A stretch of 64,000 nt of DNA from Ylistrum balloti (lineage: Eukaryota), in the NCBI RefSeq assembly GCF_031769215.1, contig NW_026782164.1, forward strand, positions 496,001 to 560,000. Direction: 5' to 3'. Below are positions 11,526-24,145 of the stretch, piece by piece. The first letter of the stretch is position 1; every line of letters starts with the position of its first letter. A model generated the notes under the pieces. The model saw only the letters and a list, made by a program, of their open reading frames with translations. It did not search any database and was not told where the DNA came from. Both the position numbers and the translations under genes were made by a program.

Positions 11526-13778
11526 TTACAGGGACATTTCTATCCAGACTGTTACAAATTCGGCTTGGCTTACTCTGGAATCCTCTGAAATATATAACTC
11601 CAGATTGAACTAAAGTGATGATGTACTATCCTGTAGATTAATACAAATCTTATTGTTCCGAAGTATATGAGATTCATTGAACAGATTTTATCCTTAATGT
11701 TTTGCTTATTAATGACAACTTACCAAAAATTGATTTTGTCAACATCAACATAATATCTTGAAAAAATGTAAAAAGTGTTCACTAACGGTTTCTGTCGAAG
11801 TAGTAGAACACCCTGCTCATGTCTGGTGTTCGTGAAAGAACATCGTTCTGATCTGTATCAGCGTGTCTGAAGAGCGTCATGCCACTCTCCGGTGTCCCTA
11901 AATGTTTGTCCTTCCAAACCTGCAAGAACTCTGCCTCATTAACATCCCCGTCCACTGCAATATGGAAACAAACAAAGTTGACAAATACTCAAGAGGAAAA
12001 ACATACATTTGAATGCTGTAAATTATTTTCGTATACCGATGCATTGATCATGAATGGTTAAAAGAAGATATCTGTAAGCTCTGTCGAGTATTTCAATCAG
12101 ATTTTGATTTATTTTTTCATATTTTAAAATATTTCATGTGCAAATTAAAAGTTTGCCACATTGATTCATATTTATAAATTGTCTGACTGATGACCTTTGC
12201 ACTGTGTTGGTCTTTGGCGCAACTAAACGTTATTACAAGATATGCAGACAGAAGGTACATTGTACTGATAAGTTATGATAAACTATTTAACCTTGATAGT
12301 GTTCACCTAAATTTTCATTTAAAACTATGTTCTCGATGAACTAGACTTTTCTCGGAGTTCATTTGGTCTAAATAATTGAATCTCATTGAACGATAACCAT
12401 TTCGTTGTCCCTGAAATTTTGTTAAAATGTATTGTCGTTGTCCAAATGTGGTTAAATTATAGATAAAAAAACAACAGTTTAAATTTAATGGTATAAAGCA
12501 TTTATCGACAAGTCAAAAGGAAGTATATAGTAAGTATGATGCCTGACATATACACTTTGATTCACAAGCAGTCGATTCAGGAGAGGGCTTAGTAAATTTC
12601 AGAACTTGTGCCCAATCCCTTTGATTGTTTTCTAAATGAATAAAACATGTTTGAATCAGTAATCGATTTTCGGTGACTCATTCTCAAATCTGATTTAATG
12701 ACAGTTGTATCATGCAATCAAGCGCTTATTTAGTCTTAGATACAAGTAATGATTGTCAGAAGCATGGTATCTGTTTGTAAGAAGTGAAACTTACTATCTA
12801 GATCAAAGTCGGTGAATATGTCGTCAACTTCGGCCTCTGTGAGAAAGCCATCATTGGTTCTATTTTGTTCCGCCAAACGGAAGAGTTCACGCGCCTCTGG
12901 GCTGTCTGGTAGGGCGGGACGGTCAGGGTGACTTAATACACTAAATTAAAACAGAATTAAAAATAATACAGAGTGATAAAATAGCCCTGAGAAAATCGCT
13001 TTCACAGGCATGTAAACACCTCAAATGAGCATTGTTGCCTGCCTATTTGGTTATTTGTATACACGCTACATTTTGTAATTTCAATTCAAATACCACAGAT
13101 GAAAAAAAAAAAACGTAAATGACTCTGGTTCACATTCGAAACGGATTAAAAAAAATAAGAATGTTCGTATTTCAATAAATTCATTTTAAGTTTATTAACA
13201 TATATACTTACTTACTTACATAGTGCTTTACATTTGCCAACAAATGACATTAACATATACTTATAATCACGTGTTTAAGATAACCTATGTGTACATCAAA
13301 AGACTAGATTACGAATTGGCATCAAGGCATATTCATCAGTAAGATGTTAATTTCATGTTCACATAATTGGGTTAAAGAAAAATATTTATTGTTACACCAT
13401 AAGTCATTCATTATCCTATTGCAGACAATTATTCATTTTATTGACATACATATGCAAGTCACCGATCAAGTATTTCAGATATGTAATTTTAATTATAGAT
13501 ACACTACTTACATATCGTATGTAAATGTTACTCTATAACGTGATTGATGATACTTGTAATCATACATCCGCATTGTAGTCAATAACATTTATCAAAGTAT
13601 ATCTAATCCTACTGATATAAGTGTCAATATTTATGACTAACATTTTTACTTTCATGGAATGTAGAAATGTAACATGGTACACTTATTTTTTACCATAGCA
13701 CACATGAACATACATGTGTACTTACCCACACAGAACAGCGCACGCTACCAAAAGAATATATCCCTTTGTCCCAATCAT
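11526..13778 (-). CDS. Secreted four-EF-hand protein, paralogue 1 (insoluble matrix shell protein 5-like), 141 aa
   Basis: Exons 13778-13726, 12940-12795, 11954-11787, 11584-11526 (426 nt, intron phases 2,1,1, all GT-AG). Protein MIGTKGYILLVACAVLCGVLS|HPDRPALPDSPEARELFRLAEQNRTNDGFLTEAEVDDIFTDFDLDMDGDVNEAEFLQVWKDKHLGTPESGMTLFRHADTDQNDVLSRTPDMSRVFYYFDRNQDSRVSQAEFVTVWIEMSL*: signal peptide plus EF loops. Non-coding exon 1 ends at 14000 (CAG|GTAAGA). The IMSP5 label is from recall of the family. Confidence 0.9.
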
Positions 13779-16526
13779 CTGAAAAATATCATAATTGTGT
13801 ATATGTTGTACATTCGTGTAGCCAGCAGTAGCTATAACACGATGTCTTATCTATACAAACATTGGTATGAAAAGGGACATAATCATTCTAAAGACCATGA
13901 TATAGTTTCTGTGACATAACATACAGGTAAAAAGATTTATGAAAAACGTTATAAAACGGAAACGTGTATATACTAACTGCATTAATTACATATTCTTACC
14001 TGGTCGGATATTCTGTTACTTCAACACTTAACAGACAACAGGAAGGACTTGTGTTTGACTGTGTGAAATGAACAAGTGGCGATCGTTGACAAAACCACTG
14101 ATAAAAGACCAAGCACATTGTCTAATGGACTGTCTGCACTTTATTCTCAAAACGCTGACTAAGTGCACATCTTGGAAAGACTGCAGGTCGGACCTCAATG
14201 GTATAGTTAGTTATAACAGCATTGTCATCATGGAATAAATGCGGAAGTCATGTTACATTTATTCGGAAAGCAAAACGCGTCAATTATTGTCTTCGTGATC
14301 AAAAGGAAATGCATTACATGCGTAATATATTTTGATGAAAAATATGCTTCATTGAAATACATGAATCATAAAGCTCTTCAGAAGAATTGATATCATCTTT
14401 CACAGTGGATAAATATCTGATTTCAAGTGCAAATGAAACATATCAATACATTTGGATTTCATGAGAGAAATATGTGGTTATCTCATTACAAAAATATATC
14501 TTAAAAGCAATTAGATATAAGATAATGATGATATCATATACTTCACAAGTCTTGTTATATGACTAGATGCAATATTAATAGTGTTTGTTCAATAAAAAAT
14601 GTTGTCTTGGTTTTATTTTAAATGTATAAAATACGTTATTTATCCAGCTTTGCTATCATTTGAATCAACGTCCAAGAAAACATCAACATAAACGCTTTGT
14701 CTCGCAATGTTTAGTCCGTGTAAGATAGAATTTAGTGGAAAATTGTAGTTAAACTTAATTTGTTAAAACAGTTTTCTTGTCTTCCAAAGATTGTTCTATC
14801 GTATATACTACACGTAGTCACGACAGGTTAAGGACAATTGTTTGAGTGAACATGCTGATGACGCATGAGTGCTGTACGTACACATTATGAACCTTAACAT
14901 GTGTTTTAGACGTTTGTGGTTGTTACTATAAATATTTAGATGACGGAAGTTGTTATTTACATGCTTCATTTTTAGGGGTACATTGTCATGGTTGTCTTCT
15001 CCATGCTTTTTGCGTGGGAGTTTCCTGATGTGATTCTCTTTTATTTGTATCTTTCATTCTTGATTTTTGTTCTGATGTGCTGACATCCAGAATGATATAC
15101 CGTTGGTGACTATTCATGTTTTACAATATAAAATTAGGATGCTAAGAACATTAGGTCCATAATACAAATTAGGGTAATACAAAAACATTCAATAAGTAAA
15201 TGTCTATGAACATAACCTGTCATAATGCAAATCAAGGTTCAGATTAAAAACTAAAACAGAGAGTGCGGAAACAGGTTGGTATAGATTTAGTTAACTTAAA
15301 ATATATTAGTTACATTAAACATGCTTAATCTAGCGAAAACAAATTTTAGCGCGTTATCACGTCTTTGACAAATTAGCCCAATGGTTATTTCGCGCATCGG
15401 AAATAATTGCTAAACATATAACAGCATTCAAAAGAGACAATGAACACAGTCATGATTTAGCGCAATACTTGCCGCTTGAAGAGCGCAAAAAATAGATTTA
15501 CGAAAAAAAAGCGGGCGTTTACATTTTATGCTATGTTCCGAATCAATTTATAATTTGACGACGTTAAAAGACAGATCGATTCTTATTTCATTGCAAAGCG
15601 ACTATATCAAGTATAAGGCATATATTTCAAACTTATTCCCAGGATCTCACATTGTAACCCAAACTTGAGAACATAATCATTATTGTTTGGTCACTTCTCA
15701 TCCTTTCGAAAACATCAGTCTAACGTTAGAATAACATCATTGCAGGTATATTTTTAACACGTTTAGCTTCGCAAAATAAGCATGAGCATGCTATAAAGAC
15801 TTCTTCAAAACAGCTGAAAGGTAAGATTGCAAGCAAGCTGTATATATGTTATTCCGTGTTATTAAAGAAAAATAAATCAATGAATAATAATAATTCTTTT
15901 ACGATTCGAAATATAATAAATTGAAGGTAAGCGAAACGTGTTGATGTCAGACCTTCATAAAATGTGCTGACAGGCAGATGGTGTTGCTGATCGTGCGAAA
16001 TCTGTGAGCTGCGATAGTATAAATAAAATGACTTTTCAGATGCGATCAGTCAATTTCGACATAAATGTGTGGCTTCTCCAAGGTCTCTTAGATAAAATCG
16101 TGAAAGTACCTCTCGATATCGCTTTGACATTTCTCATCATCTGACAAATACCATAAAACATATGATTCTTCTAAAATAAATGGAATGAAGTTTATTTTAC
16201 CTACGAAAATGTAAGGTTCTATTGTTTAAAGATATTTAAACATCTGAATAATTAGTGCGGTAAATAATCTTACTTACATTCATTATAATTTTTTTTTTGT
16301 TTCATCTTCAAAAACATTTGTATTTGTCCCTAAACATATTGAGAAGAATGAAAGTCCCGTATATAGAATTTGAGACGTCATGTGCGACGATGTAAGTGAA
16401 TCACTAGAAATCCAAAATGTATGAAGCAAAACGTCAAGTCAAATGAGAAAGAAACCGTTTATTTCAAAAGGTTTCTTTACATGATATGTTATTTACGACA
16501 GATATTTTGGAGATAGGGTGGCGGTT

Positions 16527-19113
16527 TTAGTGTGGCTGACTGGAGCTGGGTGGTTTTGGTGTTGACGTAGTGGCAACAGACATGTGAACGTTGTCAACCG
16601 GTGCATTCTTTAGATCTCCCCACTGAGTCAGGAATTCGTCAAGACTAATGGATGAATCGCCTATAATTGGGGATAGATTCAGAAGTATTCGGATAAAAAA
16701 AAATCAAGAAGAAAATAACAACATCGCAACAAAATCATAATCCAAACTCAAATTCAAAAAGCCCTTGAAAATCTAATCAACTGTAGCATGTAAATACCGC
16801 AGGTTGGAGATGCAGGGATATTGTTTCCTAGAAATGGAAAATTCACTCTAGGGAAATTGAAATCATCACGTTTATCATATAGCTCGGTGGAAAACTGTTC
16901 ATTGTTGGTTTCATTGTTGGAAAAGAGCGAGGTAAGCAACTGATATAGAAGAATCCGCGGTGTCTTTGTAACATTTCCACATATAAACCATATATTAAAA
17001 ATTTACTGTAGACATCTCTTGACGTCGATTGGTGTCCGCTGGATCAGAAGTAACACAGACATATCGTTTCTCGAATGTCAGTATTTCGAAGACCCGGGTT
17101 ACGATACAGGATTTCGTTACACCGTCGAATCTGTAAAGATATAAAACCATAATGGTTCCCAGAAAATCTTACGTATTTTAATTATTTATAACACTTACTG
17201 TTCATGTCAAAATACATAAAAATCTCTGGGAGGTCTTGTGCGGTTATATGACCGTCGTCATTGGTGTCAGCCTTAGAGAACAGTGTGCGTGCCTCTAGCG
17301 GGGCTCCAAGATTGTAAAGTACAGTCCAGTCATTCTCAAATTCACTTGATGTTACCTCACGGTCGTCTGAAAGTCGGAAGCATACTGTTAAACGTAGTTT
17401 TCACCTTTTTTTCTGATATACAGCATATAACTATCAAGACGTGTATTATAAGGTAATGTTGGCATATAAACGACGAGGGTTCTCCATCAAAGTCATAATT
17501 TGCATAAAAAACACACATGGAATCCATGGCATGGCAGTATAACAAGTATAGACGCTGTTTGCATAAACTATAATCATCTCTCTGAGAAATGTTCTAATGA
17601 AGTGTCCAGTATGTTGATGTCATTGTTCTCGAAAAGAAGATGCATTTCGGAACCCTTCGCATATTTCTATAAGGAATGTCGAATAATTTCATTTTAAGGT
17701 TAGGTGAGATGTTTATTCTGCCTCTTTATTTGGTCGAGCGATAGTTTTCTAATTCAGTGTGTAAATGAATACTTCCTAAAATCACAACAGTTTTGTTTTT
17801 TAAAGAGAGATATTGATATTGGATCGTGCATAAAATGTAATAAGTTGGAAGACATTGAAATTGTAACACTATCAAAGTAGCAATCGACATTTTATTACAT
17901 TTTGTCAGAGAAATGTCTCATTGATAAAAGTGTTGTTTTTCGCAAGTGAAAAGTAACACATTTTTTTTACTTTTCAGTAATGAAAAATACCACTTTCGCA
18001 GACTTACATTTCATTTCCGTGGTAAACTGTCCTTTTTATGAAAGTCAGCAAACAATGCAACTCAAATTTAACAGAGATCAAACCCAGTCCCCAACCGGAC
18101 ACCTTCTGCGCTAGACATTTCAAGAGGATACGTGTCATAAACAGTTAGGTTGCCGCGATATCTTCAGCTTGTCAGTAACTTGACACTGGTTAAACTCTTT
18201 CCACGGCAAATTTTGTCCGTATATGTCCTAAATATGCCAGTAAATTTGGTTATTTTGCCTGTGAAAGTGTAATAACTAGAATATGAAATAGTGTCTCTAG
18301 TAATAACACATATATTTCACTCGTGAAAAGATATTAAATAGAAGACACACTTGTGAAGTATATTTCTTATTACTGAAAACCTCCTTATATATAATAACAT
18401 GTCCTAACAAAATATTGACAATATTCATGATGTTAGTAAACAAAATTAGAAAGATACGTTACGATTGACATCAAAGGCGAGGAATATGTTGTCTAGTTCT
18501 GACACAGTTAGTTGTCCGTCCTGGTCACCATCCACTTTGTCAAACAGGATCACCTCTCTTTGTGGTTCCGAATCCGACAGTCTGTTTTGTTTGTAATGTA
18601 GATCTCAAACAACGTGATTTAATTAAGTATTCTGTTGAAAGCATTGGCAACTTGTGTGTCTGATTCATGATACACATATTACATAAATTGCGTACATAAA
18701 TGCATGTTACAGGACAAATTATTTAAATTTTCTGCATCTCAGGGTGTTTCAGACAAATTGTTATCAAAGACTCTTCAGTACTACTAAAGGAGAACATTTT
18801 ATTAACAAACGATTCATTCCTATGCTTCCTCGATCCCATTAGCACCGTACAGTAACTATTTTCAGCCTAATCATACACGTGCTGTTTTCTTTTGCAGTTA
18901 ACAACACATTTTCACAAAGGCATACTTTTATGTATATATGAAGATACACGTACAATACTTTCACTATGTACCATAAAGAAGGAGCTACGATAGTAGATAT
19001 GTTAAGTCACTGCATATTGTTTCGCCATAATTTCTGAGAGTTACGATAGGAAAAATTGAACAATATACCTACACTGACGCAGCTAGTGCGCATACAACAA
19101 GCAGGAACAACAT
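16527..19113 (-). CDS. Secreted four-EF-hand protein, paralogue 2 (IMSP5-like), 153 aa
   Basis: Exons 19113-19073, 18581-18463, 17366-17199, 16660-16527 (462 nt, phases 2,1,1). Protein MLFLLVVCALAASVLS|DSEPQREVILFDKVDGDQDGQLTVSELDNIFLAFDVNHDREVTSSEFENDWTVLYNLGAPLEARTLFSKADTNDDGHITAQDLPEIFMYFDMNSDSSISLDEFLTQWGDLKNAPVDNVHMSVATTSTPKPPSSSQPH*. Candidate non-coding exon ends at 19486 (GTAAGT donor). Confidence 0.9.
16754..16960 (-). mobile_element. Decayed Penelope-like retroelement RT C-terminal fragment in intron 3 of EF-hand gene 2
   Basis: Translates LYDKRDDFNFPRVNFPFLGNNIPASPTCGIYMLQLIRFSRA, a signature I associate with mollusc Penelope-like (possibly Naiad-type) elements; a homologous copy lies at about 29150-29300. 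Confidence 0.7.
17971..18379. mobile_element. Non-autonomous foldback/MITE-like element in intron 2 of EF-hand gene 2
   Basis: Imperfect inverted repeats TTTTCAGTAATGAAAAATA (17971-17989) and TATTTCTTATTACTGAAAA (18361-18379), with weaker similarity extending inward; no TSD identified. Confidence 0.45.
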
Positions 19114-22100
19114 CTGAAAAAAACATCAATGCATCGTACTTATACAGAAAAATGATATTGTATGAAACAACAAATATAGAAACACTTGGAATAAGCACAG
19201 AACAACATGTCTATAGGTCAGCTGTAAAAAATATCTACTTGTTGTTAAAGAACACCAGTCTATAGCTGTTAATCTTATCTGATACAAAAAGTTGGGTTCT
19301 AACATTTGACTGTAAACGGTATTGCTGGTTTGTTTATTAAGCACAGAAATTCATTTCAGATCTCAAAGGAAATAATATACGACAATTATTCTTAATTATC
19401 AATTGTTCTACCAAACTTTTGTGCACCACCGTGTTTCTATACTGATTTAACGACATGGCTGTGCGTAAATGAATAGGGTACTTACATTGTCTGTTGGTAC
19501 AAATACAGAGACCTATTATCCCGTGTTCCAAGCACTAGATAAGCAAAACCTCGAAAGAGACCTCAGATAAGACTCAATATGCCTTGCCCCAAAAAGGAAA
19601 ATAGAGCTGACGATTGCAACTGATAGCACTATCACAGCCGGCTAATGTTCATTTAATATGTCAATTTTATAGCCCACTTTTTCAATCGTTATCAGTATCG
19701 ATGTTACTAGAAAAAACCTCACGTCCACCAGACAAACTGAAGAGTGATTTTTTTTACTTTCTTAACGAAACTTCTCGCGAGTCTAGATGATCACAAGGAA
19801 GTTGTGCTTGTCTATTTGTCTTTTTTATACAACTATATGCTTCATTTATTCATTTTTCGTTCTGATATCTGATCTGATGTCTCTTAAATGGCATTTCAGG
19901 TGAGTATTTCTCACCGTATAGGTTGTTTACAACGTTTTTATCGATCCAAGATTGCCACAACAGCTGCTAATTAGTTGATATTGTCTCATTTAGCTGCAAG
20001 TTTGTATGTAGGTACGTTACTACTTTTTCAACACCACTACAACTTTAGCGAAACGGAATAGATACAATTTCTTGGCCTTTAATTGGTCACAATAAATATT
20101 TTTCTGGTTTAGATGATATATGATACGTATACAGATTATGACACAACGAACACTGCCATACAACTGGCGCTATTTCTAGGCCTCTGATCGCTTGGAATTT
20201 CCAGTGTATGAGTTTGATGAAATTTCTATCAGCTTCATTTACGACAAGGGAATTTTTAGAGACATTTTTGTAACGATTCCCGATACAACTAGAGCTTGTT
20301 TGAAGTTAAAATTCTTATCAATTTGAAAATAATTTTTGTAGATTCCAATATTGATAAATCCATCACAGCTACAGTTCAGGGGAATACAAGGGTTTGAAAC
20401 AGAGCTTAATAATTCTGAAATATCCAGTTTCAACTTTTGAAAAAAAAACAGCAAATTAGATATAGTGTCTGAAGTTCAGTTTAAATATATTTATTGCTAA
20501 AAGATAGACAATGGATTAGGCACTAGTTATTGCAACTTGTCAACGCCTACTTCCAACATACATTTTTAATGACATTACAATCATGTCTGAATCCGATACA
20601 TTTAAAGTCAATCAAGTCATTGAAACAAAGCAATTCTTATGGTAGTTAGCAATTTTAATATTCCAATAATGTTTTATTTTATATGAAATGAATGCATTTG
20701 AGAGCACATTATTGATTTTGTTAGTGAAATAATTACGAATGTAAATCGGCGTCAAACGATTTCGAAAGTAATCGTTGCAAATCATTCTTGTACAATCATC
20801 AATATCATTTGTCAATAAGTTGGCGTAGATTATAGATAAAGATGATGTATTATCTTCATATGTCACACTATTGTAAAATTATAACAATCTTTTCTAGGTA
20901 GTCGCTCCGAAACAGAAGATTTTATCAATTTCACAACGACAAAGATTAATCAGTCTACATCGACAATCTGATTAAAACAATTATCTTAACAATGCATGAT
21001 GTATTATGGAGTGACGAAAACCTGTTTCTTAATTAGATTTCTAACTACAAAACTACGCAGGTCTCATTCATGTAATATAAAAATATTAGCAGATAACACT
21101 ATACCGTAGAGGTTAGAATGTGACCCTTCTGTGTATATAGAGGAAAGAGACGTGTAACTATGGAAACACATAGATACAACCAACTAAGATTTGTGCCTAT
21201 CGTTACAGTTGATTTACAATGTCTAATGTAGTAATAACATCACTCAGTACAAATATATACAGGTATTATGAATTGACAGTTTGTCTAGCTTGTATAACTT
21301 TCTATAACTATAAAGCATGACATAAAACTGTTGCACAGTTCCAGCAATCCTCAATAAAGAATACACTCTATGACAACTAAACAACTATAGGATTATTATC
21401 AATTATACTATATACAAAACTGAGTGCTCCTTGAGCAAAGATATAAATTCCCTATTTGAGGTATCAGGATTTCTCTACCGTGTCAACCAAACACTTCAGA
21501 GACTCGTGATGAGTACTCACTTATGTTGAACACTCACTACTTCAGAGACTCGTGAACAACGGACAGACCCAATGATATTGTACCCAGCTTACGTATAAAG
21601 TGATGTATCGGTCACGAGAGAAGTGAAACCTTAACTCAGGAACATATTCCTCCGTAGTCTACAGGAACTTATCGCGGTACTACAGGTCAACAGAACGATA
21701 CAGAAAAGCTTTATTCAGGCACGTATATATCTCTTTAATTACCTTGTGATGTCATAAGTGTATTTATCAATACTTAGCGTAAGATATATACAACTTTCTC
21801 TCATCTAATTGACGGCGGGACTAATAAACAAAGAGAAAAACATAGAATCCGGAACAGGTAACACAATCGCAGTTCACCACAGTAATTCATTTCTGTCCGG
21901 CTGGATTAACCGACCAGACATCTCACGACTAATGGTGGTTTGTTTTTAAATTGATCGCCATCGGTTGCCTAGAAAAATGTATGAATAAAACATCAGTAAA
22001 TAAGACGAGTCTACACAAAGAAAACACTACTAGGTGTTTGATTTATTTAACTTTTTTTTTTATTTGTACAGAATATAAGAGTATCAACTATTAATTCCTG

Positions 22101-22552
22101 ACACGACAATACAAAACAATTTCATTCCAACATGAATGTTTCAGGTATTCAATTTTTCATCAGCACTGCGTATTTATTGATATCTCCATATTAAATAATA
22201 CTGTGGCTGGTTTTAATCGAAGATAACATTGTTCAATTTTCGGAATTGATAGTTTATCTTTCGGACGCTTTACTGCTAGTCAGTAGCATCACGAGTTTTT
22301 GCAATATCTTTACCACATTTAACAAAAAAAAAAAAAAAAAAAAAACATGATGAAATGGGGCAATCAGCAGATATTGAACAGAACAGGCCTTTAAACCGAC
22401 GGAAGAGTTATAAAAACATACTTCAATTCTGAATACATGGCAGTTTTAAAGTTTTAAACATCTCTCCTCTGTCGTAATATCTTACAAATGTCACTTAACA
22501 TTGTCCCTGCCGGATCACTGTTTACAAGTCGATTTGTGAACGTTCATGTATA

Positions 22553-24145
22553 TTATAACGTGTTGGCCTCCCGAGTTTGCACTGTACCATCCTCATAGCC
22601 AAGCCATACGCGATCGTCTGGTTGTACACCTATAGCCGTGGGGCGCGGCACGTACTCTTGTCTGTTCATCACAGTCCTTAGAATCGATCCTCTTTTGTCC
22701 AGAACCAAGATTGCAGACCGAAGTGTATCAATAACGTAAATATTGCCAAGCGAGTCAAAGCATGCATCGACCACCATGAAATGCGAGATCCCTCCTCTTT
22801 TCACGAACTGTCCCGTTACCTGGTTTTTACCACAGGCTGAGTGAAATCGTATGCGCATTTCACTATCCATCACTGTCACGTATCCTGAGCCTCTGTTGAA
22901 TAAAACCAAATCCCCATTCCGGGGATTCTGTCTTAATCGCATTGGTTTTGGGGTGTTATCAAAGTCGATTCGTCCCACTAAAGAACCCCGAACTTTGTGA
23001 AGTACGTTCCCTCTCGAATCGAACTTGATGATGAGTCCTCCAGTTTTGAACGCCACAATAATGAAGTTTTCCCGCGTGACAACCAGACTAGAGGGCACTG
23101 CCTCCGTGTAAAAAATGACCTTCGTCCTTCCGTATATACCCTTGATTTCTCTAATGCTTCTATCTGCGCAGCACATGAGAGTCCGTCTTCTGTCAGGTGA
23201 AGTTGTTACGTCGATGACCTCGACACCATTGGTTGTCACGACTTGTACAGGTTTTTTGCTGATGGTTGACATGAGGTTGACCTCGTCAGTATCACACAAT
23301 ACGACCCATGCTTCCGTATTGTTGATGGGGCAGATGTTGGTGACCTCCGTCTCGTGCTCCGACACCCGAACGGGTGATTCCAGAGCAGCGCCTGGGTTTG
23401 GATAGCCGATGTCTTTGGAGGACAAAAAGCTGTAGGCTTGTTCCATCTGGTTATTGGTGACAACCATGACACTTTTTGCTTCTCTACGAAGTTCGCCAAA
23501 CAAATTGCGAAACTCCAATAGATTGAAGTCACCTGGAACAAATTTGGGAACTTCCAGTATAGATGCATTAGCCAGTGGCCGATTTCCATTCTTGCCTAGA
23601 GCCTGTCTAATTGGACTCGTATCTATCATTGACAATGGTAAGCTTTTGCCAGATTTGCTGTATTTGAGAATTTCAGTCTCAAGTCTTTTCAACTGGTCGA
23701 CGACCTTTGCTAGCTTGTCAACGTTTTTTCGCCTGATTCGCTCTACTTCTCGAATGTGATCCTCAGTGACCCGGTCCACATTGTTTTTGATTATCTCACC
23801 TCGGCTCTTTATTTGACGGACGATGTCATCCACCTGCTCATTGTAATCCCTTAAACGTTTATTAACCTGGGCGACGTTGTCGGTCAGTTTTAGGAGAGAG
23901 CTCTCAGAAACGTCAAGGTGCTGGAATATGAGATTCTGACGATCCTGTACAACGTCGTCCAACTCCAGGAACTCGTGTTTCCGATGATCGGACTTGATGC
24001 AAGTGGGACATACCAGTTCATCCTGACACGTTACACATACCATGGTAATTGGCTTCCCGGGATGTAGCGTGCACTCTTGTTCACTGTAACTGTTGCTTGT
24101 GCCGAAACTGGCACTGAAGGGGAAACTTCGCCCAGATACAGACAT
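22553..24145 (-). CDS. RING-less TRIM-like protein: B-box2, coiled coil and NHL-like beta-propeller, 530 aa
   Basis: Single coding exon. B-box2 CTLH...CVTCQDELVCPTCIKSDHRKH near the N-terminus, helical segment to about aa 165, repeated beta-strand blades C-terminally (e.g. VVDACFDSLGNIYVIDT, RPTAIGVQPDDRVWLG). Acceptor TTGCAG at 24204-24209 upstream of the ATG. Confidence 0.92.
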   Translation of the reverse strand: MSVSGRSFPFSASFGTSNSYSEQECTLHPGKPITMVCVTCQDELVCPTCIKSDHRKHEFLELDDVVQDRQNLIFQHLDVSESSLLKLTDNVAQVNKRLRDYNEQVDDIVRQIKSRGEIIKNNVDRVTEDHIREVERIRRKNVDKLAKVVDQLKRLETEILKYSKSGKSLPLSMIDTSPIRQALGKNGNRPLANASILEVPKFVPGDFNLLEFRNLFGELRREAKSVMVVTNNQMEQAYSFLSSKDIGYPNPGAALESPVRVSEHETEVTNICPINNTEAWVVLCDTDEVNLMSTISKKPVQVVTTNGVEVIDVTTSPDRRRTLMCCADRSIREIKGIYGRTKVIFYTEAVPSSLVVTRENFIIVAFKTGGLIIKFDSRGNVLHKVRGSLVGRIDFDNTPKPMRLRQNPRNGDLVLFNRGSGYVTVMDSEMRIRFHSACGKNQVTGQFVKRGGISHFMVVDACFDSLGNIYVIDTLRSAILVLDKRGSILRTVMNRQEYVPRPTAIGVQPDDRVWLGYEDGTVQTREANTL

